From positions 1-50,052 of the IMG/VR virus record IMGVR_UViG_3300027521_000001: DNA of 50,052 nt. One strand, written 5' to 3'. The translations under genes and the position numbers were made by a program. Source of the DNA: a virus. Positions 7,098-16,577 of this stretch are shown here, piece after piece. The notes below the pieces were generated by a model. The model ran no database searches. It saw only the letters and a program-made list of their open reading frames with translations, and was not told the DNA's origin. The stretch's first letter is position 1; every line of letters begins with the position of its first letter.

Positions 7098-7270
7098 TGG
7101 AAGAGTTGCCGCCGACAGTCACCGGCCGCGGCGGTCGTCTTACCGTGCGGACTTACGGACACGCCGATAGCCTCGCTACCGAAGCGAAGGAGTTGCTAGA
7201 AGAGGCGCGGCGCCTCAACAGACAACTTCCGTTTTTCGGAATGGTTCGATGCTCACCTCCGGCGCCCTAG
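7097..7270 (+). CDS. Small hypothetical protein (MEELPPTVTGRGG...)
   Basis: Internal ATG of track ORF 6776..7270 with a TGATG overlap. It overlaps the portal start by 22 nt. Confidence 0.4.
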   Translation: MEELPPTVTGRGGRLTVRTYGHADSLATEAKELLEEARRLNRQLPFFGMVRCSPPAP

Positions 7271-8817
7271 CCAGCATCATGCCGGCCTACGGCGCCCTCC
7301 CGCCGTCGAGCCAGCAGGACCGCTCCAAGCGCATCGGCTTCGAGGTCGGCCGCTACGCCAACGTCATGGCGAGCAAGGGCTTCGGCTCGAAGCTCTCGAT
7401 CGGCCCCGACGAGCTGCCGGAGCTGCGCCTCCCCATCGTCACCTGGGACCAGCCGCCCATCCTCTACGCCGGCGGTGTCACCGTCTGGATGCGCGATGAC
7501 CCGATCATCCGCCACGTCGGGCCCGCCACCGGCCAGTACCAGGACGAGCGCACCTATCGGGCCATGCGCACCACCGTCGCCCCTGTGCAGAACTCGATCA
7601 ACGCCCTGAACGCGCAACTGCTCGGCGTCGGCTACTCCCTTCAGACCCCGCGGCAGCGGCGCAGCATGCCGGCCGCCAAGGCGCTGAAGGACGAGCTGAC
7701 CGCGATGTTCAAGCGGCTCGACAACCTGCATGCCTACCTCGAGATCGCCTCGACCGTCGTCTGGGACGGCTGGATGCCCACCCAGACCTGGTGGAGCAGC
7801 TACGCCTACAACGGCAAGTCGGTCTGGGGGCCGGACAAGATCTTCGAGATGCCGCAGGAGTTATTCGGCGTCACCCCGGATCGCAAGCTAGCCTGGCTCG
7901 GCTACACGATGACCCAGACGATGCCCGAGGTCTTGGACTCCGAAGAGGACGAGATGATGACGTGGCTATGGACCTCCTCCGGGTCCACGCGCAGCCCGTA
8001 TGGGACCGCCAGGCTGCGCCACCTCTACGTCATCGGCTGGGCCTGGAAGCAAGCCTTCCAATGGCACATGGAGGGCGCCCGCAACGCCCTGCAGGGCATT
8101 CCGGTCGTGACGGAAGAGGTCCCCGTCTTCGGCGGGATGCCTGGCTCCGCCGAGCGCGCGTCACAGGTAGGCGAGGCTGGCACCGCGGCGATGAAGGAGG
8201 CGATGAAGGAAGCGCAGGGCATGATGCAGATGCTGAAGGAATACGGCATCCTCATCCTGCGCGCCGGCTACAAGTACAACAACATGACCACCGCCGGTTT
8301 CGAGGCCGGTTGGGGCAAGCTGCTGGACGACCTGGCGCTGATGCTGACGGTTGGAGTGCAGGGCCAGCACCTCACCCAGAGCCTTGGGGAGCATGGCGGA
8401 TCGCGCGCCACAGCCGACGTCCAGGAGCGGACGAAGGTCGATCACGTACGCGGCATCGCCCGGCCCGAGGAGCTGGTGCCGAACGAGTTGATCCGCCGGT
8501 ACCTCGCGGTCAACTACTCGACGGAGCCGGACCCTGACGACGTGCCGGTCTGGGGCTTTCATCTTCTGGACCCGGTGGACATCGCGAAGTCCGCTTTCTT
8601 CTGCCAGTTCGGCGGCAAGCTCGACGCGCAGGAGATGGCCGCTCGGCTCGGCGATCTCCCGATCTCGATCGAGGAAGAGACGGCGGGCCCGGTCCTCGAG
8701 ATGCAGGGCCCTCCGCCGAGTCTCGCCGGTGAGGGCGGCAAGAACGCCGCGCCGCCGGAGGAGCGCGTGAAGAAGGTAGGCGACCCGACAGACCAGGGGA
8801 AGGAGAGCGTGGATTGA
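7249..8817 (+). CDS. Portal protein (Mu gp29 / DUF935-like)
   Basis: 522 aa, positioned upstream of the protease/scaffold and capsid genes. The segment LTQSLGEHGGSRATADVQERT resembles the conserved DUF935 core (from memory). Confidence 0.78.
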   Translation: MLTSGALASIMPAYGALPPSSQQDRSKRIGFEVGRYANVMASKGFGSKLSIGPDELPELRLPIVTWDQPPILYAGGVTVWMRDDPIIRHVGPATGQYQDERTYRAMRTTVAPVQNSINALNAQLLGVGYSLQTPRQRRSMPAAKALKDELTAMFKRLDNLHAYLEIASTVVWDGWMPTQTWWSSYAYNGKSVWGPDKIFEMPQELFGVTPDRKLAWLGYTMTQTMPEVLDSEEDEMMTWLWTSSGSTRSPYGTARLRHLYVIGWAWKQAFQWHMEGARNALQGIPVVTEEVPVFGGMPGSAERASQVGEAGTAAMKEAMKEAQGMMQMLKEYGILILRAGYKYNNMTTAGFEAGWGKLLDDLALMLTVGVQGQHLTQSLGEHGGSRATADVQERTKVDHVRGIARPEELVPNELIRRYLAVNYSTEPDPDDVPVWGFHLLDPVDIAKSAFFCQFGGKLDAQEMAARLGDLPISIEEETAGPVLEMQGPPPSLAGEGGKNAAPPEERVKKVGDPTDQGKESVD

Positions 8818-9002
8818 GCGAGGCTGGCCAACTTCCTGATGATCGCATCCTCACGCGACGAGTAACGGACTGGTCTGCGTCGGATGAAGAGGTCCGATCA
8901 AGGCCGCCAGAGTTAGTCGGCCAGCGCGACCCACGTTGCGACCGTTTCCATGTTCCTGACTGCGCTTGCCACGGCCTCATCAAGATCATGAGAGTGCGAT
9001 GA
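8814..9002 (+). CDS. Possible small ORF (TTG start)
   Basis: Lies in a lower-GC stretch. Its stop forms an ATGA overlap with the next ATG. The start codon and coding status are weak. Confidence 0.3.
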   Translation: MSEAGQLPDDRILTRRVTDWSASDEEVRSRPPELVGQRDPRCDRFHVPDCACHGLIKIMRVR

Positions 9003-9175
9003 CCACCTCCGCGCAGGACCGCGCCAACGCCACCGCGAAGTGTCCGGGAAGCTTCAAGGCTGGGCGGCGCTTGGCCGTTGGCATGTTCCGGTGCTGCGCC
9101 TGCCGCTTTGAGTTCGATGCGGTAGATGTGAGATCTGAAGTGCCCGTCGCGCCGTGGCACAGGGCGGTGCGATGA
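8999..9175 (+). CDS. Small Cys-containing protein (MTTSAQD...CPGS...CCACRF)
   Basis: Internal ATG of track ORF 8966..9175, with ATGA overlaps on both sides. Confidence 0.5.
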   Translation: MTTSAQDRANATAKCPGSFKAGRRLAVGMFRCCACRFEFDAVDVRSEVPVAPWHRAVR

Positions 9176-9414
9176 CGTTGCCAACCTTCAAGGATGCGCA
9201 GGGCCGCAAGCATGTGCTGCTGGGGCATGTCGCCACACCCGAGGAAGAGCGGCAGATAGAGCGCGATCTTGAGAGATGCATCTGGTGTGGCAAGGCGCTC
9301 GCCGAGCATCGCGACGCGCCACACCCAGACTGGACGCCACGGGTGCCGTGCGCCGGCCTCAAGCAGTACTTTATCGCGCGACCGACAGAGAGAGACGCGG
9401 AGCGCCACCTATGA
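9172..9414 (+). CDS. Small protein with a CIWCG...PCAG motif
   Basis: Internal ATG of track ORF 9154..9414, with ATGA overlaps on both sides. Confidence 0.55.
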   Translation: MTLPTFKDAQGRKHVLLGHVATPEEERQIERDLERCIWCGKALAEHRDAPHPDWTPRVPCAGLKQYFIARPTERDAERHL

Positions 9415-9629
9415 GCGACGGCTCCTCGATCTGCGGGAACTGCGGCCGCTCGGATCTCTCGCAGGTCGTCGAGACGCGCGCCACCCCTGACGGCAACATC
9501 CGCCGGCGCCGGCAGTGCGGCGGCTGCAATCACCGCTGGGCCACGATCGAGGTCCGCGTCACCGCAGACGGCTCCCGTGGCTACGATCCGGTCGCCCGCC
9601 GCATGCTGGCCGCCGCGCACCACCTATAG
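9411..9629 (+). CDS. NrdR-like zinc-ribbon protein (no ATP-cone)
   Basis: ICGNCGRSDLSQVVETRATPDGNIRRRRQCGGCNHRWATIE parallels the NrdR N-terminus (CPxC...V.D.R...G..iRRRRxCxxCxxRfTT.E). It is only 72 aa. Confidence 0.6.
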   Translation: MSDGSSICGNCGRSDLSQVVETRATPDGNIRRRRQCGGCNHRWATIEVRVTADGSRGYDPVARRMLAAAHHL

Positions 9630-9683
9630 CGCCGACACACAAGACGCTTTGAGCAGCGCGCCTCCGGTGCCACGCTTGCGCGC

Positions 9684-10982
9684 GTGGAAACCTCCCACTG
9701 GGCGCGGTACCGTGACCTGCTCTTCCGGTCTGCCATCCGCGCCGCGTTGCCGGCGACTCAGGAGCGTAAGCCGCTCGACTCGGCCGATTGGGTGCCTCTC
9801 GCGCACGCGGAAGGCGCCGATGCGCCTTACCCCGACGCCGAGAAGTTCACCCACGAGCGGCTAGCGCACGCCGCCAGCGCCTACGACCCGAGGAAGCAGC
9901 GCGCGCCCATCATCCGGACCGGCACCGGCCGCGTGATGGATGCGCACGATGCCGGCATGGGGAAGTCCCGCGCCAAGGCGGATGTCCTCGGGTGGGTGGA
10001 CGGCCTCCGGATGAACGGCGGCGTCATGGAAGGCAAGCTCACCGAGATTGCCGACCGCTGCCGCGCCTGCCGCGGGGATGACCCGTCCTGCACCGCCTGC
10101 CGCGGCACCGGCTACGCCGGCCGCCTCGGGGGCGCCATCGCGGACGGCCACCAGAAGCGCTCCGCCTGGATCTCGATGAACCACCCGCAGTTCGACAAGC
10201 AACCCTACTTGCGGCACCTGGCAGTCGGCTACGACGGCGAGGGCCAGAACTATCTCCCCAAGCTCGGGGACTTCATCCCCGCCGCGCGGGCGCTCGACGA
10301 CGCAGAAGGCGTCATCCACGCCTGCCGCGCGATCCCGGCCGAGCCGGAGGACCAAGCCATGCTATCGAAGGAAGAGATGGAAGCCCTGGTCAAGGAGGCC
10401 GTTCGCGGTGCACGCGAGGCGGCAGCGGCCGAGAGCAAGGAGCTGTTCGGGACCTCGCTGAAGGCGGCGCTCGAAGAGGCGCTGAAGCCGATCGGCCTTC
10501 AGATCGCGGCCGCCACGACCAAGGCGGAAGAGGCGGTCGAGAGCGCCCGGGCCATCCGCGAGCAGGCCGCGGACGCCACCCTGGTCAACCGCATCGACGG
10601 CGCCGTCAAGCAGGGCCGCATGCTCCCGAAGGACCGCGATCTGCAGCTCGAGCTGGTCCGCGGGCTGAAGACGCCGGAGCTGCAAGAGAAGGCCCTGGTG
10701 GCGATCGAGAGCCGGCGCTCGATGCTCACCGACCGCGGCGCCTACCAGCCGGCCGAAGCGGAGGACGCGAACCTGCCCGAGGTGGACTTCGGTCTCGCGG
10801 CCGGTCTCGCCGCCGACTTCCGGCCCGCTTCCGGCGAGGCCTGGATCGAGGCGGCGCGCGGCATCAAGAACCCGGACGGCAAGCCGGCGACGGCGGATCA
10901 GACGCTCGCGGCGGTCATGTCCGCCAACCCCAACCCCTTCGCGCTGTGGGGCACCCGCTGCCCCTTCAACGACGCGAACTAG
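9684..10982 (+). CDS. Prohead protease / scaffolding protein (Mu gpI/Z-like)
   Basis: 432 aa between the portal and the capsid gene. It has an Ala/Glu-rich coiled-coil C-terminal half with GRMLPKDRD, typical of Mu-type scaffolds. The GTG start is uncertain. Confidence 0.7.
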   Translation: METSHWARYRDLLFRSAIRAALPATQERKPLDSADWVPLAHAEGADAPYPDAEKFTHERLAHAASAYDPRKQRAPIIRTGTGRVMDAHDAGMGKSRAKADVLGWVDGLRMNGGVMEGKLTEIADRCRACRGDDPSCTACRGTGYAGRLGGAIADGHQKRSAWISMNHPQFDKQPYLRHLAVGYDGEGQNYLPKLGDFIPAARALDDAEGVIHACRAIPAEPEDQAMLSKEEMEALVKEAVRGAREAAAAESKELFGTSLKAALEEALKPIGLQIAAATTKAEEAVESARAIREQAADATLVNRIDGAVKQGRMLPKDRDLQLELVRGLKTPELQEKALVAIESRRSMLTDRGAYQPAEAEDANLPEVDFGLAAGLAADFRPASGEAWIEAARGIKNPDGKPATADQTLAAVMSANPNPFALWGTRCPFNDAN

Positions 10983-10991
10983 GAGACGCGC

Positions 10992-11399
10992 ATGTCCGCA
11001 GTCCTGGCAGGGTACAACTACAAGTCGGTCAAGACCGAGCGCTGCGATACGCCGGTCTTCGGCAAGCGCTTCGTCAAGCTGACGACCGGGAGCAGCGGCA
11101 CCGGCGTCTCGCTGTGCGGCGCCGGCCAGCGGCCGCTCGGCGTGGCGCTCTGGGATGCCGGCGACTCGACGACCACGCCGCCGCAACGCACGGCGGTCTC
11201 GGTTGGCCGCGGTGGCACCCCCGGCCTCTGCTACGCCGGCGCGGCCGTTGCGATCGGGGACCGGCTCATGTCCGACGCCAACGGCTATGCCATCACCTAC
11301 GTGCCGGGCTCCGGCGTCTACAGCTTCGGGGTCGCCCGTACGCCCGCCAGCGCGTTGGGCGACGAGATCAACTACTACGAAGAGGGCTTGAGCCAGTAG
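10992..11399 (+). CDS. Head decoration / DUF2190-like protein
   Basis: 135 aa immediately upstream of the major capsid gene, with GGAGA upstream. The Gly-rich beta-type sequence and position match DUF2190 (from memory). Confidence 0.65.
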   Translation: MSAVLAGYNYKSVKTERCDTPVFGKRFVKLTTGSSGTGVSLCGAGQRPLGVALWDAGDSTTTPPQRTAVSVGRGGTPGLCYAGAAVAIGDRLMSDANGYAITYVPGSGVYSFGVARTPASALGDEINYYEEGLSQ

Positions 11400-11415
11400 G
11401 GCTCCGGAGAACGCC

Positions 11416-12414
11416 ATGAGAAAGCCTTTCGGTCTCCGCGAAGCCTACCGGGCGGTCCCGGATTTCATCTCGAACGCCCAGATCCTCCCCGAGCTCACCC
11501 AGCTGGTCCTCTCGACTGCGGGCGAGCAGGAAGATCCCAATTTCGACTACGCCGATGACGTCTTCGGCGTCGTCCCGACCGGCCACTACAACATCCGCAT
11601 CCCGACCCGCTTCGGTGAGTACCTGGTGAAGCGCGACACCCTCCGCGAGGCTCGGTCGGACATGGGGTTTGTCGATCGGCAGTACTCGTTCACCGACCGT
11701 ACCATGAAGCGCAACACCTTGGCCGGCCTGGTGGACGACGACGAGATGAAGAACGCCGACCCCTGGACCGTCTCGGCCGACGCCGCCGCCGACGCCCGGG
11801 ACATCGTGCGCATCTCGCTCGCGCTCGATAAGGCCGCAATCATCCTGAACACGGCGAACTACAACACCCACTTCGCCATTCTCGCCGGTCAGGGCTTCAA
11901 CCTGTCGAACGGCCTGCACCTGAAGGATGTCGTCGACCAGGGCGTCCACTCGATCAAGCAGGCGACCGGCGTGCCCCGCAACCGTCTGAAGCTGGTGCTC
12001 CTCGGCCAGCTCGCCGAGGATGCGGCCATCCGCGACTTCGAGCTGATGAACCGGAGCATGTACACCTCCGCGCCGGTCTACGCCACCCTCGACCGGATCA
12101 AGGACTATCTCGGCATCGCCGAGGTCAAGAGCTACGCGCCGATCTACCGCACCAACGCCGTCACCGGGACGCCGACCGAGATGTTCCCGACCGGCGCCAT
12201 GTGGCTCGGCTACCCGGGCCAGCAGGCGACGCTCCCGCGCGGCGGCATCGTCTGGGGCCGCATCTTCCGCATGGGCGGCTCCGGCGGCGCACTGCCACCG
12301 TTCCGGGTGGACGAGAAGACGAGCATGGCCTATCCCTGGCAGGTGAGGGAGGACGTGGAAGTCTTCAACACCGGCGCCGCGGTCCTCATCACGTCGCCCT
12401 GGCAGGACTCGTAA
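11416..12414 (+). CDS. Major capsid protein (possibly lambda gpE-like family)
   Basis: 332 aa, positioned after the scaffold and decoration genes. The size and position are typical; the family assignment is only a guess. Confidence 0.82.
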   Translation: MRKPFGLREAYRAVPDFISNAQILPELTQLVLSTAGEQEDPNFDYADDVFGVVPTGHYNIRIPTRFGEYLVKRDTLREARSDMGFVDRQYSFTDRTMKRNTLAGLVDDDEMKNADPWTVSADAAADARDIVRISLALDKAAIILNTANYNTHFAILAGQGFNLSNGLHLKDVVDQGVHSIKQATGVPRNRLKLVLLGQLAEDAAIRDFELMNRSMYTSAPVYATLDRIKDYLGIAEVKSYAPIYRTNAVTGTPTEMFPTGAMWLGYPGQQATLPRGGIVWGRIFRMGGSGGALPPFRVDEKTSMAYPWQVREDVEVFNTGAAVLITSPWQDS

Positions 12415-12424
12415 GGAGGTTCCG

Positions 12425-12973
12425 ATGGCGAAGGCCAAGGACGAGCCGGCAGCGCCGGCCGCAGATGAGCCAAGAGCGCCAGCCGCCGCGGGCGTTCCCG
12501 CGCGCCCCGACTTTCCCTTTCATCCTCTCGCCGACGCCGGCACCACGCCGCCCGCTGGTGGGTGGGACCCGCGCGCGCCGATCGCCATGGACAAGTCGGG
12601 CATCGACCCGACCGCCATGGTCAAGGTCAAGCTCGAAGGCTCGACCCGCATCGTCGCCTACGATCCCGAGATGCCCAGCCGCGACGGCAAGGGCAAGGGC
12701 GACTGGCGGTGGATGAGCGACGGCGACATCGCCGAGATCCCGCTCCGGAGCTTCATGCAGGCGCCGTGCATGGGGAAGATCATGGACGAGACCGGCGCCT
12801 GGGTGGACATCAAGAGTCCGGCGGATCACCCCTGGAAGCTCTTCGAGGCCGAGAAGGAAGCCATCATCAAGGTGGAAACCCCGGCCTTGAAGACGGCCGC
12901 GCGCCCCGAGGGCAGCATCGGCACCGGCGACCCGAGCAACCCAGACGACAAGGTGAAGAGCGCCACGGTGTAG
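12425..12973 (+). CDS. Hypothetical head-module protein
   Basis: 182 aa with TAAGGAGG 5 nt upstream of the ATG. Confidence 0.75.
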   Translation: MAKAKDEPAAPAADEPRAPAAAGVPARPDFPFHPLADAGTTPPAGGWDPRAPIAMDKSGIDPTAMVKVKLEGSTRIVAYDPEMPSRDGKGKGDWRWMSDGDIAEIPLRSFMQAPCMGKIMDETGAWVDIKSPADHPWKLFEAEKEAIIKVETPALKTAARPEGSIGTGDPSNPDDKVKSATV

Positions 12974-12979
12974 CGGGCG

Positions 12980-13540
12980 ATGTCCTACTCGGTTCCACAG
13001 GACGTTTACAACCTCTTTGGGGTGGAGAACGTCCAGCGCATCTTTGGCGCCGGTCAGGCCGGAGCCGGCGCGCCGCTCTTGGCCCTGGTCAAGGAAGCGA
13101 TCCTCAAGAGCGACGCGACGATCAACGCCGCTCTCAAGCGGACCGGCTTCACCGTGCCGCTGCCGCTTCCCGAGGACCCGACGACGGACACCGAGCTCGA
13201 GGCGCAGGACCGCGCCACGGTGCGGCACCATTCGGCTGTCCTGGCGCTCAAGTACGGCTCCGGCGGCGTCGTGGATGTGCTGCCCCAGGCGAAGAGCGAG
13301 ATCGCCGACAGCGCCGCATGGCTCGACGCCATCATCTCCGACCGCGAGGGGCTGCTCGCCTTCGAGCGCAACGAGGCCAACCTCGAAGGGCTGACGGCCG
13401 GGCGCATCGGCTTCGTCGGCAGCGGCCAGCCAAGCAGCCCAGACCGCGCCGGCTTCCGGGCGCTCAACCAGGTATTCGCCGGGGGCGCCAGCGGCTTCGG
13501 CAACCCGATGCGCGATGAGGGGGACTTCGGACCGCCATGA
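12980..13540 (+). CDS. Head-tail connector protein (Mu gp36 / DUF1320-like)
   Basis: The N-terminus MSYSVPQDVYNLFG...LVKEAILKSDATINAALKRTGFTVPLP follows the DUF1320 pattern (from memory). Confidence 0.65.
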   Translation: MSYSVPQDVYNLFGVENVQRIFGAGQAGAGAPLLALVKEAILKSDATINAALKRTGFTVPLPLPEDPTTDTELEAQDRATVRHHSAVLALKYGSGGVVDVLPQAKSEIADSAAWLDAIISDREGLLAFERNEANLEGLTAGRIGFVGSGQPSSPDRAGFRALNQVFAGGASGFGNPMRDEGDFGPP

Positions 13541-13980
13541 CCACCGACGAAGAGGCAGCCTTGACCGCAGAGATGAAGAAGCTTGAGAAGCCGGCGCCAG
13601 CCGCTCCGGCGAAGCCAGCGGAGGCGCCTGCGCCTGCTGCGGTGCCGCCCGCGCCGGCAGTCCCGCCCGCACCCGCCTCCGATCTCGCCCCCGAAGGCGA
13701 GCATCCGCTCCAGCTCGACTGCACGGGCGGAACGGGCGGTCAGGTTCTGGTCAAGCTGGCCCCGCGTCAGTGGGTTCTCGGCTACAAGGTCGGAGAGGAC
13801 GGCAAGCCGGTCCTGACGGAGAAGGGCTGGCGCAACGGCCCCGCGGCTCCCGGCGATCAGCCGGCCTTCGCCTGGGTGGACAGGAGCAAGCTGGACGACA
13901 ACCCGCACATCGGAGTGGACGTCGAGGCGGAGGCCGCGAAGGCGGCCGCTGAGAAGGCAAAGGCGCAGCCCGCGAAGTGA
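13537..13980 (+). CDS. Pro/Ala-rich hypothetical protein
   Basis: 147 aa with an ATGA overlap upstream and a GTGA overlap downstream. Confidence 0.6.
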   Translation: MTTDEEAALTAEMKKLEKPAPAAPAKPAEAPAPAAVPPAPAVPPAPASDLAPEGEHPLQLDCTGGTGGQVLVKLAPRQWVLGYKVGEDGKPVLTEKGWRNGPAAPGDQPAFAWVDRSKLDDNPHIGVDVEAEAAKAAAEKAKAQPAK

Positions 13981-14624
13981 ACGCCGTCCTCCACTTCCGC
14001 GCCAAGGTCGACCCGGCCGCTCTCCTGCGGCGGGTGCAGCCTTACCTCGATCGTCTCGCGAGGCCGCAGCCGGCGCTCGAAGCCTCGGTCAAGGTCATGC
14101 ACGGCCGCGTGGCGGAGGAGTTTGACGGGCGCGTCTACTTCTCGCCGTCCGGTGCTTCGATACCGTGGGCCGCTCCTGTCCCCTTCGGGCGCAAGACGGG
14201 CCAGTCGCCGCCGCTGATCGGGAGCGGCCGCTACGCCGCCGCCTGGCAGGGAGTCGGCGCTGGCGCCATCACGCGCGTCACGACCAACTCGGCCACCATC
14301 GGCGTCTCCGGTTCCGTCTTTCCCTTTGCTGGCGTCATCCGCGGCGGGACGGGCGCCAACCCGACGACAGCTCCGACCATCATCCTGCCGAAGAAGCGCA
14401 CGGCTGGCCGCCGCAACTGGAAGGGGCCGCAGCGCTTCGCAATGTGGTGGGCGCTCTACTTCACCTACGGCGTCACGCTCAGCGAAACCACCATGCTCGT
14501 CGGCCTGCGCGTGCCTGGGCGCCCGCACGCCGCCTGGCACCCGGAGCTTCAGCGCCAGATCATCTCCACGTTCCGCAATTGGGTCGTGCGCGGCGAAGCT
14601 TCGCCGTTGCCGATGGCCGCCTGA
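13977..14624 (+). CDS. Virion morphogenesis / tail completion protein (Mu gpG-like)
   Basis: 215 aa with a GTG start. The position and the segment FSPSGASIPWAAPVPFGRKTGQSPPLIGSGRY resemble gpG-type proteins (from memory). Confidence 0.6.
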   Translation: MNAVLHFRAKVDPAALLRRVQPYLDRLARPQPALEASVKVMHGRVAEEFDGRVYFSPSGASIPWAAPVPFGRKTGQSPPLIGSGRYAAAWQGVGAGAITRVTTNSATIGVSGSVFPFAGVIRGGTGANPTTAPTIILPKKRTAGRRNWKGPQRFAMWWALYFTYGVTLSETTMLVGLRVPGRPHAAWHPELQRQIISTFRNWVVRGEASPLPMAA

Positions 14625-15160
14625 TGCCCGCTCTCGCCGGACCGTGGCCGATGTTTTCGATGGACTATGCGGCGATCGCGGTGATGGAGCTACTGCAGGC
14701 GAATCCGATCCTCGCCACGCACTGCCCCATCTTCCGCCGCCATCTCTTCACCGCAGAGGGCGAGTACCCGCTGCCCTGCATCCTGGTCGCCTGCACTCGC
14801 GTGATGGAGAACGCGCGACCCTCCGGCAAGATCAAGTCGGACGCCAGCATCGGCGTGCTGTACTGCTTCAGCCAGTTCACCAAGAACCTGGATACCGGCG
14901 TCGGAAAGGACGAGCCGAGCGTTGCCAGCTTGCAGGCCTTCCTTCTGTCGCTCCTGCCGGCGACGCTAGTGAATCAGAAGATCTTCGAACGCTTCCCGGA
15001 GCTCGGAGCGAGCGGCGCGCAGCAGCTCGCGGTGACCGGCGAGTTCCGCCGCTTCGATCCGGTACCGATCCAGGACAAGGCTTCCGGCGCCGCCTTCGCG
15101 GTAGGCGTCGAGATCGACTACGCGCAGTGGGTGAAGTATCCCTCGCGCCTCGCCGCTTGA
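14624..15160 (+). CDS. Neck / tail-terminator-like protein
   Basis: Internal ATG of track ORF 14165..15160 with a TGATG overlap. 178 aa immediately upstream of the major tail gene. Confidence 0.6.
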   Translation: MPALAGPWPMFSMDYAAIAVMELLQANPILATHCPIFRRHLFTAEGEYPLPCILVACTRVMENARPSGKIKSDASIGVLYCFSQFTKNLDTGVGKDEPSVASLQAFLLSLLPATLVNQKIFERFPELGASGAQQLAVTGEFRRFDPVPIQDKASGAAFAVGVEIDYAQWVKYPSRLAA

Positions 15161-15170
15161 GGAGAGACCA

Positions 15171-16556
15171 ATGTCCGAAGTGATCCGCTTCAACCCCGCA
15201 CTTGGCCTCTACCGCTGGCGCTTCGAGTCGGCGCCGGGCGTGGCGAACGAAGCCGGGAGATGGCACGATCTCAACAACTTCAAGGGGGAGAAGATCGGCG
15301 CCAACTCGCTCCTCGTCCCGCGCACCGCGCTCTCCCGCGGCGGCATGCGTCCTCAGTCGCTGATCGGCAAACTCGAACCCGGTGGTGACACCGAGTTCGA
15401 CGCCTTCCAGCCGCGGCAGGAATGGCCCTTCTGGGCGCTCCTCCTGCACGGCTACGACGTGCCGGGAGGGCCCCTCGCTGGCGAGACCGCTGCCTATCGG
15501 CACAAGATCCACCGTCTCGGCGCGTCGGCCTTCCCTGACACGGCGGAGATCAGGCTCGACCGAAACACGGGCCAGATCACCAGATACCGCGAAGTGCGCG
15601 GCGGCGGCGTACAACTGAAGCTCGCCGGCAAGCAGCTGGTGAGCACGATGTATACAACCGTCGTTGGCCGCTTCGACTACTGGGGGGACGCGATCCAGAC
15701 CGGCACGGGCACGGCGACGCCGGAACTGCGCGGCGTCAATGCGATCAACAACCCCGCGCCTGGGTCGACGCCGCTCGACTTCTACATGAAGGTCACGGCG
15801 CAGACCTCGACCACGGTCACGGTCACCACCAAGCGTGGCGTCTCCGCCACCTACGGCGCTCCCTACGTGATCCCTCGCAGCTCTCCCGCCGCGCCGGTCT
15901 GGTGGCTCGTCCTGGACGAGAACGGCGTTGCCATGGGCCAGTTCACGGGCATCGCCACCGAGGTCTACCTGCCCGCATCCGGAACCTTCGTCGTCAACGA
16001 CGAGTTCCACTGGCCCGCGGTCTGCCCCGACTGGACCACGGGAAGTCCGACCTGGCCCTACGCGCCGCCGCCCATGATCGCGGTGAACGAAGTCCTTTCG
16101 TCCTACGCTGTCGCCGGCGGCCAGATCCTCAACTTCGACACGGCGGACCTGACCATCAAGTCCGGGGCCGAGACGAAACACGAGTTCGGCGGCCGGATGC
16201 CCTCGCGCACGAGGGAATGGGGCTTCCAGACCGTCGATGGCAAGATCGCCAGGGAAGAGCAGCCCGGCTTCAGCTTCCAGCCGTACCTCGTCGAGGGCGT
16301 TCCCTTCGATATCGTCATCAATCTGAGCAGCGGCGTGCGCCTCGGAACCTCCGGGCTGTACGACTACAACGGCGTCCTCACCATGAAGAACGTCGTCCCG
16401 AAGGGAAAGACGAACTCCGTCGAGGGCGAGAAGAGCCTGCCGGGCGGCATCGACTTCGAGGCCAACTCCTCGGGCGACAGCACCTATCCGTCAGACATCA
16501 CGCTCGAAACCCAAAACGAGATCCCGAGCCTGCTGGCCGCCGACGCCTTCGCGTAG
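15171..16556 (+). CDS. Major tail protein (large tube-type)
   Basis: 461 aa directly upstream of the tape measure. No separate sheath/tube pair was seen. Confidence 0.7.
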   Translation: MSEVIRFNPALGLYRWRFESAPGVANEAGRWHDLNNFKGEKIGANSLLVPRTALSRGGMRPQSLIGKLEPGGDTEFDAFQPRQEWPFWALLLHGYDVPGGPLAGETAAYRHKIHRLGASAFPDTAEIRLDRNTGQITRYREVRGGGVQLKLAGKQLVSTMYTTVVGRFDYWGDAIQTGTGTATPELRGVNAINNPAPGSTPLDFYMKVTAQTSTTVTVTTKRGVSATYGAPYVIPRSSPAAPVWWLVLDENGVAMGQFTGIATEVYLPASGTFVVNDEFHWPAVCPDWTTGSPTWPYAPPPMIAVNEVLSSYAVAGGQILNFDTADLTIKSGAETKHEFGGRMPSRTREWGFQTVDGKIAREEQPGFSFQPYLVEGVPFDIVINLSSGVRLGTSGLYDYNGVLTMKNVVPKGKTNSVEGEKSLPGGIDFEANSSGDSTYPSDITLETQNEIPSLLAADAFA

Positions 16557-16577
16557 CGCCGGAGGGGGCGCCTACGC

